The position numbers were made by a program, and so were the translations under genes. A stretch of 64,000 bases of DNA from Camelus ferus (Eukaryota), in assembly GCF_009834535.1 (NCBI RefSeq), contig NC_045705.1:34348001-34412000 (forward strand). Direction: 5' to 3'. The notes under the pieces are model-generated. The model ran no database searches. It had not been told where the DNA came from and saw only the letters and a list, made by a program, of their open reading frames with translations. This document shows, one piece after another, positions 13,181 through 24,862 of the stretch. Within the stretch, counting starts at the first letter, position 1, and each line of letters begins with the position of its first letter.

Positions 13181-13457
13181 AATCAACCTTCTCTACCTTT
13201 TCACTGTTTATTTTAACTATTTAATAGAAGTCCACAACTATGTTCTGTTCATGAAGCAAGTGAATTAAAATTTTTAAATTTATGTTAAATTAAAATGTAT
13301 ATTAAATATTTAATTTACATAATTCTTACATTAAATTTTAATTTAAAATATCATAAAATTGTATTTTGATTCAATTTTATATTTATATACAAAATATTAA
13401 TGGTGCCTCTAACCAATAAGAAGATTTTTATGAGTCTGTCATCCTCCGTTGCTTTTT

Positions 13458-13740
13458 GTTTCAGTTTAATTGAGATGTAATTGACATACAGCACTGTATG
13501 TTTAAGACGTACAGCATATATTGACTTGACTTATATATACTGTGAAATGATCACCACAATAAGTTTAGTTAACATCCATCATCTCAAATAGATACAAGAA
13601 AAAAAATGTAGAGTTTTGCATGATGACAACTTTTAGGATCTACTCTCTAAGCCTCTTTGAAATGCACCATACATCAGTGTTAACTACGGTCATTATATTG
13701 TATGTTACATTCCCTGTACTTATTTATCTTATAACTGATG
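13458..13740 (-). mobile_element. L1MA/MB-type 3' end
   Basis: tttaattgagatgtaattgacatacagcactgt...tgaaatgatcaccacaataagtttagttaacatccatcatctc. Confidence 0.8.
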
Positions 13741-14798
13741 CTTGTGATAACACAACTGCACCCTCCTCTATTGCTTTTTATATGCATGTGATTCCTCATT
13801 AGAAAAGATACTCTCCACTCATGCCCTAAATAATACTATATGGTTTTTTTTTAATAATTTTTATTAAATAAAATGAAACTAGATGATTATAGGAAAAGTC
13901 TGTGAATTTTTTGCTCCCTCACCTGAGGGAAAGTTCGCCTGTGTGCTGTGTAGAGGGTATGCGCTCATGATCTGAGGACTGTGATTCCAAGTGTCCCTAA
14001 TTTATGAGTGCTAGTGTCCATCAAATCATCTGTAAGTGGTTTGTTTGCAGGATTCAGTATGTTAACATATGCAAAATGCCCAGTGCAACACTTGGCAAAC
14101 AATTGAAGCAATGAGGTTCTCTATGCTAACGGGTTATTCAGAGGTGAAGAGTGCAGGATTTTAAATGATCAGATACTTATCCTTTGTTGTATCTTCCAGA
14201 CCCTCCTATGTGTTTTCCTCATCGACCACAAAAGAAAATCCCAAGTTAGATCAACCCTAGGGAATCTCAGGGTCTGACCACTGGGTTGGAGATTAACTAC
14301 CTCTGCTTTTAGAAAAGTTAAATGAGGATAAATCCCTTACACCCCAGAGAGCGATTAATTTATGAAGCTGTGGATTTTGGATTTTGCAAATCTTTCCTTC
14401 ACAGAGACACTCAATGTAATGATTCGTCTGCAAGGATGGAGAGAACCAGCTCCCCAAATGCACCCCTAACCATAGACTTTGAAAATCCCTTGTCTACTCT
14501 CCAAAGCTGTGGATGTTAACAGGCACTAGAAAAGAGACTCTTAGAGGTTACAGTCTCTCTTCAGTCTCCTTTCATTGTCTCACTTCAGGTATCTACCCAC
14601 AAACACGAACTTCCTGCCCTGGGAGGATGGATGACTAAGCTTGAAGTTCTCTCTCTCATTAGAGAGCAACTTGGGGACCCGACGGAGCTACATGTGCCTG
14701 ATTAGACTGTATCCAAAGCAGAATAAAACAAAATACAAGGTATCTGGGGACCAGACTGTCAGGAAGGGAGGGACGGAGAGGGTGCCCACAGTCAACTG

Positions 14799-14987
14799 NN
14801 NNNNNNNNNNNNNNNNNNNNNNNNNNNNNNNNNNNNNNNNNNNNNNNNNNNNNNNNNNNNNNNNNNNNNNNNNNNNNNNNNNNNNNNNNNNNNNNNNNNN
14901 NNNNNNNNNNNNNNNNNNNNNNNNNNNNNNNNNNNNNNNNNNNNNNNNNNNNNNNNNNNNNNNNNNNNNNNNNNNNNNNNNNNNNNG
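14799..14987. other. Assembly gap (189 N)
   Basis: Run of N. Confidence 1.
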
Positions 14988-16699
14988 AGCCCCCAGGAAC
15001 TGTAAGGCTGAGCCAGATGCAGGAACTTCTTTAGCTTTTCTCTAGTGTTTCTGCCTTTCTATAAACTCAACCCAAATTCTCCCCTGTCTGCTTCCACTCC
15101 TCTGATGACATCTTCTGATGGACATCCTGACCCATGTTTGAAACTTTGCCCCCAGGAAGAAAGATTTAAAATGAAAAAGTTTCCAAGGAGTTTGCTTGCT
15201 CTCAACCTCTCCTCAAAGAAATACGAAGTGACGTATATTTTAGGGACCAAGGAGGTCCCTAACTTCTGAACTTTCCCTTATTTGCATCCCAATGCCTCAG
15301 ACTCTGAAACTCATCTGTTAGTTTGTCTTGTCCTCTTTCAAAATGCCAAACTTTCCCTTTTAAAAGAGGTCACTCGTTAAGTTTTACAGTCATTTGTACA
15401 GTAAGGGTCCAAAAGGGAAACTAGGCACTTCTCTAAGCACCCGAGAAGTTAAAGGGAGAGGCAGCACTGAAGGAGGACAAGCTCCAGCCCAGAAGAGGGC
15501 GCACCCACAGACAGCCGTCATGAGCATCACAGTCTGACTCAGCTCTGGTTACAGGACGTTGCTATCAATTTATGCCATTTCACTCTCACAGCCAAGACAC
15601 CTGTCAAACCCAAACCAGCAATCCAAATGGTCAAGATCAAAGTTGGCCACAAATGTGTGGCAGGAACTAATTAAATAAGGTAATATGTGTAAAACAGTCT
15701 GTGTCCTGCACACCTGTAAAATCTTACCTATTCTATGGGTTTTGGTATTACCACCTAATTGAAGAAGCATCAAGTCCCAAGATACCTTCCATCACTCCCC
15801 AACAATATGCATAAAAGAATTAACGTTTCCTGACTGTCTGCAATTCACAGAGCATTGTGCCAGACACTTCACAGGTGCTGTTTGATGTAATCATTCCTGT
15901 CACCTGCAAGGTGCATTTTTTTTGGATGATCAAGTTTTTAATCCCAGAACCAAAAGTCGCTAACTCTGACAAGTTATGGATATCACTTATGCTCTTATGT
16001 CTTCATTCTCTAACTCTACCAAGGGGAGACTACTAATTTTAAATTGATTAATATTTAATTATCACATCTATTTTGCAAAATAGGTGTGGGAATTAAATTC
16101 TATACATATATTAGTTTGTGTAATTTGTGTTAGGTTTCCGTCTCTGTGTGGTTCTGTGTGCAAACTGAATTCTCTGTTTTATGGTGAGGGCAGGGGCTTT
16201 CTCCTATGTCTCAAGGAAAGAATTCCCTTCTCTAGGTTCAGGGAGTCTCTACACCTTGTGCAATAAGAGTTCAGAGATTCAAATTAGCCCAAAATTCCCT
16301 GACGATACTAAATCACTCTGATTTGTTTTGAAAGCAACATTCAGGGTAGCATATTCTCTACTCCTTTTCTTCTGCTGCCAACTTGTCCAATAGAAAATAA
16401 AATTTATGGTACTAAGGAAAGCTTACCCTTAAACTTTGGATGTTCTTTCTCAAGGCTACTCTCTAAACTGAATTTTTAAGGACAAAGTAAAAGAATTATT
16501 AAAAAGAGCCCCTTGAATTGACTCGCCAACCTCAAGACTAAATCCCCACAACATCACCTTTAAAACCGCCTTCTTCTGAACCTCTGTACCTCTCAGAGTG
16601 GACTTGATTTTTCTGTATTTAGCATATGTCAACAGGGAGTTCCATGACATATAATCCACCCATGCCCAAAAGTCACCATCATTAATATGCCCCTTTAAG

Positions 16700-16925
16700 T
16701 GAGCACTCACTTTGTGCCTAGAACTGTGTTATAAACTTTAGATATATTCTCTGAACCACGCATCTCAACAGCCCCCTGAGGTAGGCAGTATCATCCCCAT
16801 TGAACAAAAGAAGCTGAGCCTCAAAAGTAACTTGTTGAAATAATTGTAGCCCGAAGTCACAGAATCAGTAACTGGTAGTTAGAGCTAGAAACAAGTACCA
16901 TGTTGGTCTCCAAAGCCCACTCAAC
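16700..16925 (-). mobile_element. MIR SINE
   Basis: gagcactcactttgtgcctagaactgtg...ctcaacagccccctgaggtaggcag...gctgagcctcaaaagtaacttg. Confidence 0.7.
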
Positions 16926-17179
16926 TTTAGACCATTACACTCCCTTAGCACCCCTTTCTGCCAAAACACGTCTTGGCTTCCACCCAGTCTTCCTTCCGTC
17001 TCGTCTGCACTTAGGATCAGGCTTGCATTGGGGACTGACATCAGTTCCAGTCATTTCTGACTCCCTCCTCAGTTCTTCTCTTAGGAACTTCCTTTACTAA
17101 TATCCTTATATGTTCAACCCTGTCTGCTTCTTGGAAAACTTGGATAACACAACTGCACTGCTCCTAAAAACTTCAAATA

Positions 17180-17850
17180 AGAAACAATATAAATGTTCAT
17201 AAAGACTGGGCTACATTACCCAATGGAGTATCACATAGTGACAATTGTGAACAAATTACAGCTACAGGCAACAAAAGGGATTGACCTGAAGTGAAAGATG
17301 CTGGACACAAAATAATACCTATAGTATGATCGAATGCATATAAAGTTCAAAAACAGACAAAAGTAACTATGTTGTTTATAGATGCATAAGTTGTTAAAAT
17401 ACTTTTAAAAGGCAAATGATTATCATAAAAGTCAGGATTGTGATTAGCTCCAGTGGGGGTGGGGAGGTGGTAAGGGTGTAGCACTCTAAGATTTTTTTCA
17501 GTGTTTCATTTCTTGGTCTGGGTGACGGTTACACAGGGTAAGGTCTATAATTATGTCTTGCTCGGCTGAAAGTGAGCTATAGTTTGCAATAAAAAGTTTT
17601 TTTAAGCCACCTGATCATGTAACTAGTCTAAATATGCCAATTAAAAGACAAGTGTTCTCATCACACACACATACACAAAATCATAACTATGTATGGTGAC
17701 AGGTGTCAACTAGACTTATTGTGGTGATTGTTTCACAATACATACAAGTAACAGATAATTATTTTGTACACCTGAAACTAATATAATGATACATGTCAAT
17801 TATAGCCCAATAAAATAGTATCCAAAATAAAAATAAATAAATAAAAATAA
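17180..17850 (+). mobile_element. Two old L1 3'-end fragments (L1ME-like, then L1MA/MB-like)
   Basis: atataaagttcaaaaacagacaaaagtaactatg; tgtacacctgaaactaatataatgatacatgtcaattat plus A-tail. Confidence 0.7.
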
Positions 17851-18480
17851 AAGACAGAGACTGCAGAGTGGATTTTTTTTAAGACCCAACTATATGTTTT
17901 CCATAAGAAGCCCACTTTAAACATAAAGACAGAGATAGACTAAAAGTAATGCAATGGAGAAAGATAAACCAAAGGAAAGTTGGAGCATATATGTTAGTTT
18001 GAGATAAAGCAGACTTTAGAATAAGGACAATTATCAGATATAAGGAGAGATCTTTATAATGATAATGTTAAAGGGATCAGTTATCCGATAATATGTAACA
18101 ACATACAATGTGTATGCACCCTACAACAGAGTGTCAAAATACATCAGGCAAAAATGGACAGAAATACAAGGAGAAACAGACAAATTCACTACATAGTTGG
18201 AGACTTCAACACCCATCTATCACTAACTGACAGATCCAATAGGCAGAAAATCAATAAGGGTACAGTTGAATTAAATAGCACCATGTATCAACTGGACCTA
18301 ATTGATATTTATTAAGTATTTCCTCCAACAATAACATAATACACATTCTTCTCAAGCCCACATGGAACATTCACCAGGACAAACCACATTCTGGCCCATA
18401 AGGCATTTTATTCATAAATCATATAAAGTATGCTCTGAGACCACAGTGGAATTAAACTAGAAAGCAATAACAAAAGTTAG
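17850..18480 (+). mobile_element. L1 ORF2 endonuclease-domain fragment
   Basis: gttggagacttcaacaccc (GDFNTP), tacacattcttctcaagcccacatggaacattcacc, gaccacagtggaattaaactagaa. Confidence 0.85.
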
Positions 18481-18516
18481 ATCAGAAAGTTCGAATGTAG
18501 ATATATGTTGCTTAGT

Positions 18517-18743
18517 AACTTTTTAATAACTCCCATTGCATCTGCAATGGCCAGCTTCTCCAGTGAAAATTACTTTTTCATACAAATATCTGACCCTATT
18601 CCCTATGCTCATTATTATGTTATTAGGCTTCCAATCCAGTGTCCAAGGGAGCAGTGCAGATTGTGCCTGTGTTCAAGTAGAGAAGAGCAGAACAGTGAAG
18701 ATGGGGGACCTGGCGGGCTCACCTTTCTAACACAAAGGTAGGT
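18517..18743 (+). promoter_or_regulatory. Candidate promoter and first non-coding exon of OR4D6 (module 1)
   Basis: AACTTTTTAATAA-C-TCCCATTGCA at 18517-18540, TATTCCCTATGCTCATT...TATTAGGCTT block, CCTTTCTAACACAAAG|GTAGGT donor. Homologous to modules 2-5. Confidence 0.65.
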
Positions 18744-19317
18744 GAGGGCATCCTGAAGACACAGTTGCAGGCAAATTCAGCTTAACACCCACACAATTTT
18801 ATGATTTTATTATTGTTCTGTCTCAGCCCCTGAAAGGTAAGCTATCCACGTGCAATTCTTGAAGTATACGTCTTGTAGGACTGATATCCTTAAGCTGGTT
18901 ACAATCTCCTGCTCTCTCCTGTAAATTATTAGGCTTCTCAAGGCACATTCAAATGAGATTATTGTTTTATATTAAAACTCATTCTATAAACATTTAATGA
19001 GCACCAACAATGTATAGGAAAGTAACTGGCACAGCCTCTTTCTTTAAAAAAAAAAAAGAGAGAGAGAGAGAAATTAAAAGCAAGCTGGGAGCAGGGAGAG
19101 AAATACAATTTTATAGCGACTTTAGCATTATGATGATGTTGGATAATGCTTTGAAGCTTCCAATAGGCTCCCGTGTGAATTGTCATTTAATTGATTTATG
19201 CAGCAACAAAAGTGAATAGGGGGCAGGAGGGGGAAGTCTAGATGACCCCGGAGATGGAGGAAAGGAGAACAAGCCCTTGTTGGGTGACGACTGCCCACCA
19301 GGCACTGGCCGTCCACT

Positions 19318-19500
19318 TGTTCATTCCTCTATTCACAAAGAATTACTGGATAGCTGATACAAGCCCGGTAGGAGCTGGGGAGACAATGGTGACAAAACAG
19401 AGTCCCAGTCTTTGAGGAGTTCACATTTGGAGGAAGAAGCAGAAACAGACAGACACGTAAGAACAGGCAATAAAACAGTGCTGGGCCATCTCAAATAAAC
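19318..19500 (-). mobile_element. L2 fragment
   Basis: ttcattcctctattcacaaagaattactgg...ggagacaatggtgacaaaacagagtcccag. Confidence 0.6.
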
Positions 19501-20080
19501 CCCACTGCACAGTAAGCCTTGTGCCCCCCGTTTCATGGAAGGAGATTTCCAGGAGCATAAAGGTTAACCTGCTTGGGGACACACAGCCAAAATTTAAAAT
19601 ACTCGAGCCTGAGTTCAAAGGCTGTGCTCTTTTGAACAAGCTGCCTCTAGATTCCATAATACAACCGTGAAGTTACAAGAGAGAAAGGCCACCATTTGAT
19701 CTTGACCTGACATCGGGCCTGAGAGTCCAAAACCTTCCATGATGATTGACCAGGAGAGCAAGGGGGAACCATATTAATCCAAAAGAGAAGCCAACAGTAA
19801 GTATCTTTGATCTCATTTTCCAGAGCTCTAACTTGGCTGGTCCCAGAGTCTCTCCTGGAAGCCTCCAGCCAACGCCTGGGGAACCATAATATACCAAAAG
19901 AATAATTAGAACTGTCTTCCCTCCTATACCTCCTCCCTTAATAACTTATCTTTCTTAGGACAATTTTACAGAAAGGGAAAAGAAAAATACAAAAATTGTA
20001 ACATCATATCTCAAATTAACGGGAAAATCATCTACTTCAAGCTGTCAAGTATGTGTATGAGTTTTTTCTGATTTTCAAGA

Positions 20081-20270
20081 TTTTTTTATTCTTTATTTTA
20101 TTGAAATGTAGTCAGTTTACAATGTTGTGTCAATTTCTGGTGTACAGCACAATGCTTCAGTCATACATGAACATACATATATTTGTTTTCATATTCTTTT
20201 TCATCATAGGTTACTATAAGATAGTGAATATAGTTTCCAGTGCTATACAATATGAACTTGCTGTTTACTA
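20081..20270 (-). mobile_element. Short lineage-specific L1 3' end (type A)
   Basis: ttgaaatgtagtcagtttacaatgttgtgtcaatttctggtgtacagcacaatgcttcag, shared with copies at 39.4, 42.7, 53.3 and 63.1 kb. Confidence 0.85.
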
Positions 20271-20349
20271 TTTTATATGTATTAGCAAGATAAGAAGCCA
20301 TTTAAAGTCATTTTTTTAAATTGGAAACAATAGATTATCTCTTTAAAGT

Positions 20350-21350
20350 AACATTACCAAAATCCAGTTACCCACAGGTAACAGTATACATCTTTCCAGA
20401 TTTCTTCTAGACATGTAGGTTTTTTTCCAATGATAACATTATATGATATATCCAGTGCTTCAACCTTTTACTAATAGGGAATCTTACCATGTCTAAGAAT
20501 AAAGGTCTATGTTATCAATTTGAATGGCTGCAAATATTGAATCATTCTATTGTACCATAACTTACTGAACCAATTTTATAAATCAGACATTAATTTAAAT
20601 TCTAATTTCTTCTATACTGTGATGAACATTCTTTGTATTTATGACATTAAGCAATTGGTTTAGTGATTCTTTAGCATAAATTCCCAAAGTGGAATTTCTG
20701 AGCCAAGGATTTGCACTGTTTAAGTTTTGACACATATTTCCAGAATGACTCTAGAAAGTGTGTCCCTGTGTACATTCCTCTCAACTACATATAGAGGTGT
20801 CTCTTTCCCCATATCTATGCCAGTAATGGATTTTTTCATCACTGGCCCATCTTCTAGATGAGAAGTGACATCCTATTATTATTTTAATTTGCATTCGTTT
20901 GATTGATAGTATGAGTGGCCACCTTTTCACATGTGGGCTGATCAGCTAAATTTCTCTGTAAATCATGACCCATTTTTGTTTTCAAGTATCCATTTCTTAC
21001 TGAATGATAAGAGCTCTCTAGATACCAAAAAATTAAGCTTATTTTATATTTTTTACAAATATTTCCTCAAGTTTTTCATTTATTTTTAGTTTTAAACTTA
21101 TTTTAAACACTTCTGAAATCTGGAAGTTTCATATTTCTATTTAGCCAAATCTAATAATCTTCCATGCAATGCCTACAAAGTTCTTCTCTACCCCAAAATT
21201 ATTTTTTAAAAATTTACTTAAATTTTATTCTAATATTTTAAATTATTTTTGCGGTTTATATTATATAAGTTGTCGAAATCTCCAGCCTTCCATGTTGAGA
21301 AGTTTAAAAAAACTATTATTTGTTTCAGCTCATGGTATTACCTATAAAAA
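20350..21350 (-). mobile_element. Old L1ME-type fragment
   Basis: taaattcccaaagtggaatttctgagccaagg..., ttttaatttgcattcgtttgatt. Confidence 0.65.
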
Positions 21351-21390
21351 GTAATCAAATATTCAAACGCAATTAGAATTAGGTTTGTTT

Positions 21391-21660
21391 CTTTTTTTTA
21401 ACATTTTTTATTGATTTATAATCATTTTACAATGTTGTGTCAAATTCCAGAGTAGAGCACAATTTTTCAGTTATATATGAACATATATATATTCATTGTC
21501 ACATTTCTTTCTCTGTGAGCTACCGTAAGATCTTGTGTATATTTCCCTGTGCTATACAGTATAATCTTGTTTATCTATTCTACAATTTTGAAATCCCAGT
21601 CTATCTCTTCCCACCCCTGCCCCCTTGGCAACCACAAGTTTGTATTCTATGTCTATGGGT
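21391..21660 (-). mobile_element. Short lineage-specific L1 3' end (type B) with 13-bp TSD
   Basis: acattttttattgatttataatcattttacaatgttgtgtcaaattccag. Flanks ggtttgtttcttt at 21382 and 21658. Confidence 0.85.
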
Positions 21661-23125
21661 TTGTTTCTTTACAATACCTTGTTTATCATTTAAATTTAGA
21701 AAATTAACACATCGTTTGACCCATGTCTGGACTCACAGATGTACATGAAAATGCATTTGCAAAATGTTGAGAGCAGCATTATTTTAAAGTAGTAATTAGG
21801 GCCCAACTAGGCAAACTGAAGAGGGCAATGTATGACTTGTGGCCCCATCCCCTCCTGCACGTTCTACAAGCCTGACTCCCAAAGCCACCCACAGACCTCT
21901 AGTTTCCAAATTCCCCTTTCCAACCCCCGTCTCCCAAGGCTGCTGTGCGCTCCTGGCTAGTGCCCCATTCCACTCCAGCCTTCACGACCAGTGTTTACTC
22001 TTGACCTGCCTGATTGACATATACCTGTGAAAACCAGTCTCTACCTTAGTTACCAATGTATTTACCCATCACATTCCACAAAAGATCAGGAAGGTCATAC
22101 AGCAAAAACTACAAAACACATACAATAAGCAATAATATGTAGGTAAGAAACTGTTACGAGACAACACCTGAAAAAATACGGAGTAAGAAGTTGAGCCACA
22201 TCTATACTTTGGAGTGTATGAAGGACAAAACAAAGCGATATGGCCCAGTACGTAGTCCTCATTACCTAAGAAGAAGAATCTTACTGGTTTCCCAGGGGAG
22301 CTGTCCCTTAACACATGGGTCTTGGATAAACATTTCTCTTGTGGTCTCAAATAAGGGGAACTGAATAAATCTTGCCCTCAATACAGTCCTGAGGTAAGGT
22401 CTTCTTTGTAGACACCCTTGATAAAAGGCAGTAACTTAAGTCCGAATATAGGGTACCATTTGCATAGCTTTCTGTCATTTGCTAGGTGGCAGTTTAAAAA
22501 AAAAAAGGCTGTATGGGAATCAGTTCTAGGTAATGTGCCACTGAATGCCAGGCTATTAAGTGAGATTCCCATTGGATCACATTTTTTTTTAAACCCTTAA
22601 AGGAAATTCACTTTTCCACAGGAATTAAATTGTTCTAATGGTGAGAACATTAGGAATCTAGGAAAATCAAGAAAACCTTTTTATTTAGGAGGCTTTCTGT
22701 ATGTCCTAACTCCTCAGATTAAACCATAAAATGCACCCAACTGTAACAGAGCTGAAAAAAGAAACATCAAGAAATAGGTTGTTTGCAAGATGCTTTACTA
22801 TGCTTTTGCTTCACAGAAAATGATCTGTCCTTTTTTTTATCCAGTTTACCTCTTCTTTCTCATCCTATTTTCTTCAAATATTAATTCCATTGCTCCAAAT
22901 ACAAAACTGTCTACCTTCTATTGTTGAACTGGATTTTGACCACCTTAACTATTTGAATTTTTTAAAATTATCTGGTTGATGAGAATTCTTGGACATAGAG
23001 ATATTCTTATTAAAGGGAGTTTGCACTCTGGTGACCAGATATCTAATTTGAAAAAAAAAAACTATTTTTCTGTAATATAGTAGTAGGAGAAAGTTGTTGG
23101 AATTTAATTCAATAAACCTGGTCAA

Positions 23126-23430
23126 AATTCTCTATCTTTCTGTGAGTTTGACTGTTTTAGATGCTACATATAAATGAGATCATGCAGTATTTGTCCTTCT
23201 GTGTCTGGCTTGTTTCACTTAACAAATGTCCTCCACTTACAGAAGAAGAGTAGAATGGTGATTGCCAGAGGTTGGGAGTATGGGGCAAGGGGCAGATATT
23301 GGTCAAGGAGTACAAAGTCCAGTTGTGCAGGATGAGTAAGTCCTGGAGATCCGCAGTAGAACAGCAGTGTGACTATAGTGAAAAATATTGCATAGCTCTT
23401 ACATGTTCTCATGACCAAAATATTAAAAAA
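23126..23430. mobile_element. 5'-inverted L1MB-type fragment (minus piece 23126-23235, plus piece 23236-23430)
   Basis: The reverse complement of 23126-23235 is the L1 segment just upstream of the plus-strand piece. Confidence 0.65.
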
Positions 23431-23837
23431 TCACCAAAATACTTGAAATTTTCTTTAATTCTCCATCTTTCACCAATTCATAGACTAATTCTGGAAAAAT
23501 AAATACTCTTCTCTGTTCCCCTTTAAAGGGGGGAGAGTTGGGGTAAACCACATCCGAGATCCTGAAGCTTTAATCATCAGTTTGTCTGTGATACTTTCAT
23601 ATGCTCTGGACAATGACTGCAGCTGCACACGCTACCAGGAGCCCATGGGCCCAAATGAGGCCCAAGTGTCTCCACGTACAGGGAGTTCTTATGAGGGCCT
23701 GATTCGTCTCTTCCTTTAAGGGAAAAGAGGATTGAGGAGGCAGGCGACTTATCTACTCATTGTAATTCTGATAAACCAAAGTAAGCCCCAGACTCTCTGA
23801 TCTGACAGAGTGCTACAGTGGAAAAACCTCTGGAGAC

Positions 23838-24297
23838 TCAGAGAAAAAATTATTCACTGGGCTCTTGTTAAAAATGGCAAGACAGATTTTATTCATGACT
23901 TGAGGGTCAAAACTATTGCAGTAGAGGAGAGAGACTGAGCTCAATTCCAAATACAACAAGGACGAGTGAGGATTTATAGCCAGTGAACAGAGTGAGGGGG
24001 TCAGTGGATGGAAAATTACCAAGAGGAGATATCAAGGTTGGGGGGATTCTTGCTTTAGAAGGATTTTTGCTAAAGTTAAGCCAAAGACTTAGACACAAGT
24101 GGTTGGATATCAAAGGCAGGAATAAGGAGTTTGATCAGAAATCAAAAGTAAGGGCTTCTGGCTAACCTGATTTAGCAAGACTCTTGCTAAAACTGACCTC
24201 TGCAATGAAAGACAAGGAAGGCCAAGGTCGAGACCTGGTTGAGAAGAGAGCTCAGAAGAGCCTAACTGAAATTTGATCAGGGAAAGAGTCCTTGTCA
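23838..24297 (-). mobile_element. ERV1-type solo LTR
   Basis: On the minus strand it starts TGACAAGGACTCTTTCC, has AATAAA near its 3' end, and has internal gggtcagtggatggaaaattaccaagagg. A related copy lies at 46607-46915. Confidence 0.7.
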
Positions 24298-24304
24298 AGT
24301 CAGA

Positions 24305-24430
24305 AATTTTGCCCAGGTTTGAATCCTTGATTTTCCACTTATTAACTTGGCAAATACACAAATGTGAGCGAGTCGCTAACTGCTTTAAGCTTCGGTCTCC
24401 CCTGTATAAAATGGGGATAGTCATAACTAC
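24305..24430 (+). mobile_element. MIR fragment
   Basis: ccaggtttgaatcc...ctcccctgtataaaatggggatag. Confidence 0.65.
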
Positions 24431-24862
24431 TCTATAGACCCCCAGAGAGACTATAGAGTATCTATATGGGAATCCAAATCAGGATGATGTTACAGGTGAA
24501 GCCTTTGGTAAAGGATAAAGCTTTGCGTACATGTGAAGTTATTCTTACAGGACAGAAGGTAAGTCATAGCCAAAGGACCATCTTCATCTCTCTCTGTCAG
24601 ATGAAGGACATAGGAGTATGATGGTTCTTCCGGTCAACCCGGGCTATTTACAATAAAAAAGAAGAGTCATCAGGGCAAAAATTTTTCAGATCTTCACAAA
24701 AAGGAAGACTCAAGCACAGGTTTTCTAGTAGTCATGAAGATCTAAACGCTTAAAAGAGCCTTGTATCAGTATATGATCCATGATGTTGCCCCTTATGACA
24801 CCATACTCCTAACCCTAACATATCTTCTTCCAAGATAGACCTGGATGAAGGTGGTCCCCATC

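Noticed and set aside
14641-15045. 134-aa ORF
   Set aside because: It is open only because it crosses 189 Ns. The same applies to ORFs at 42980-43284 and 53264-53552.
24428-24461. 10-bp inverted repeat TACTCTATAG / CTATAGAGTA
   Set aside because: Short, sits at a MIR edge, and is expected by chance in 64 kb.
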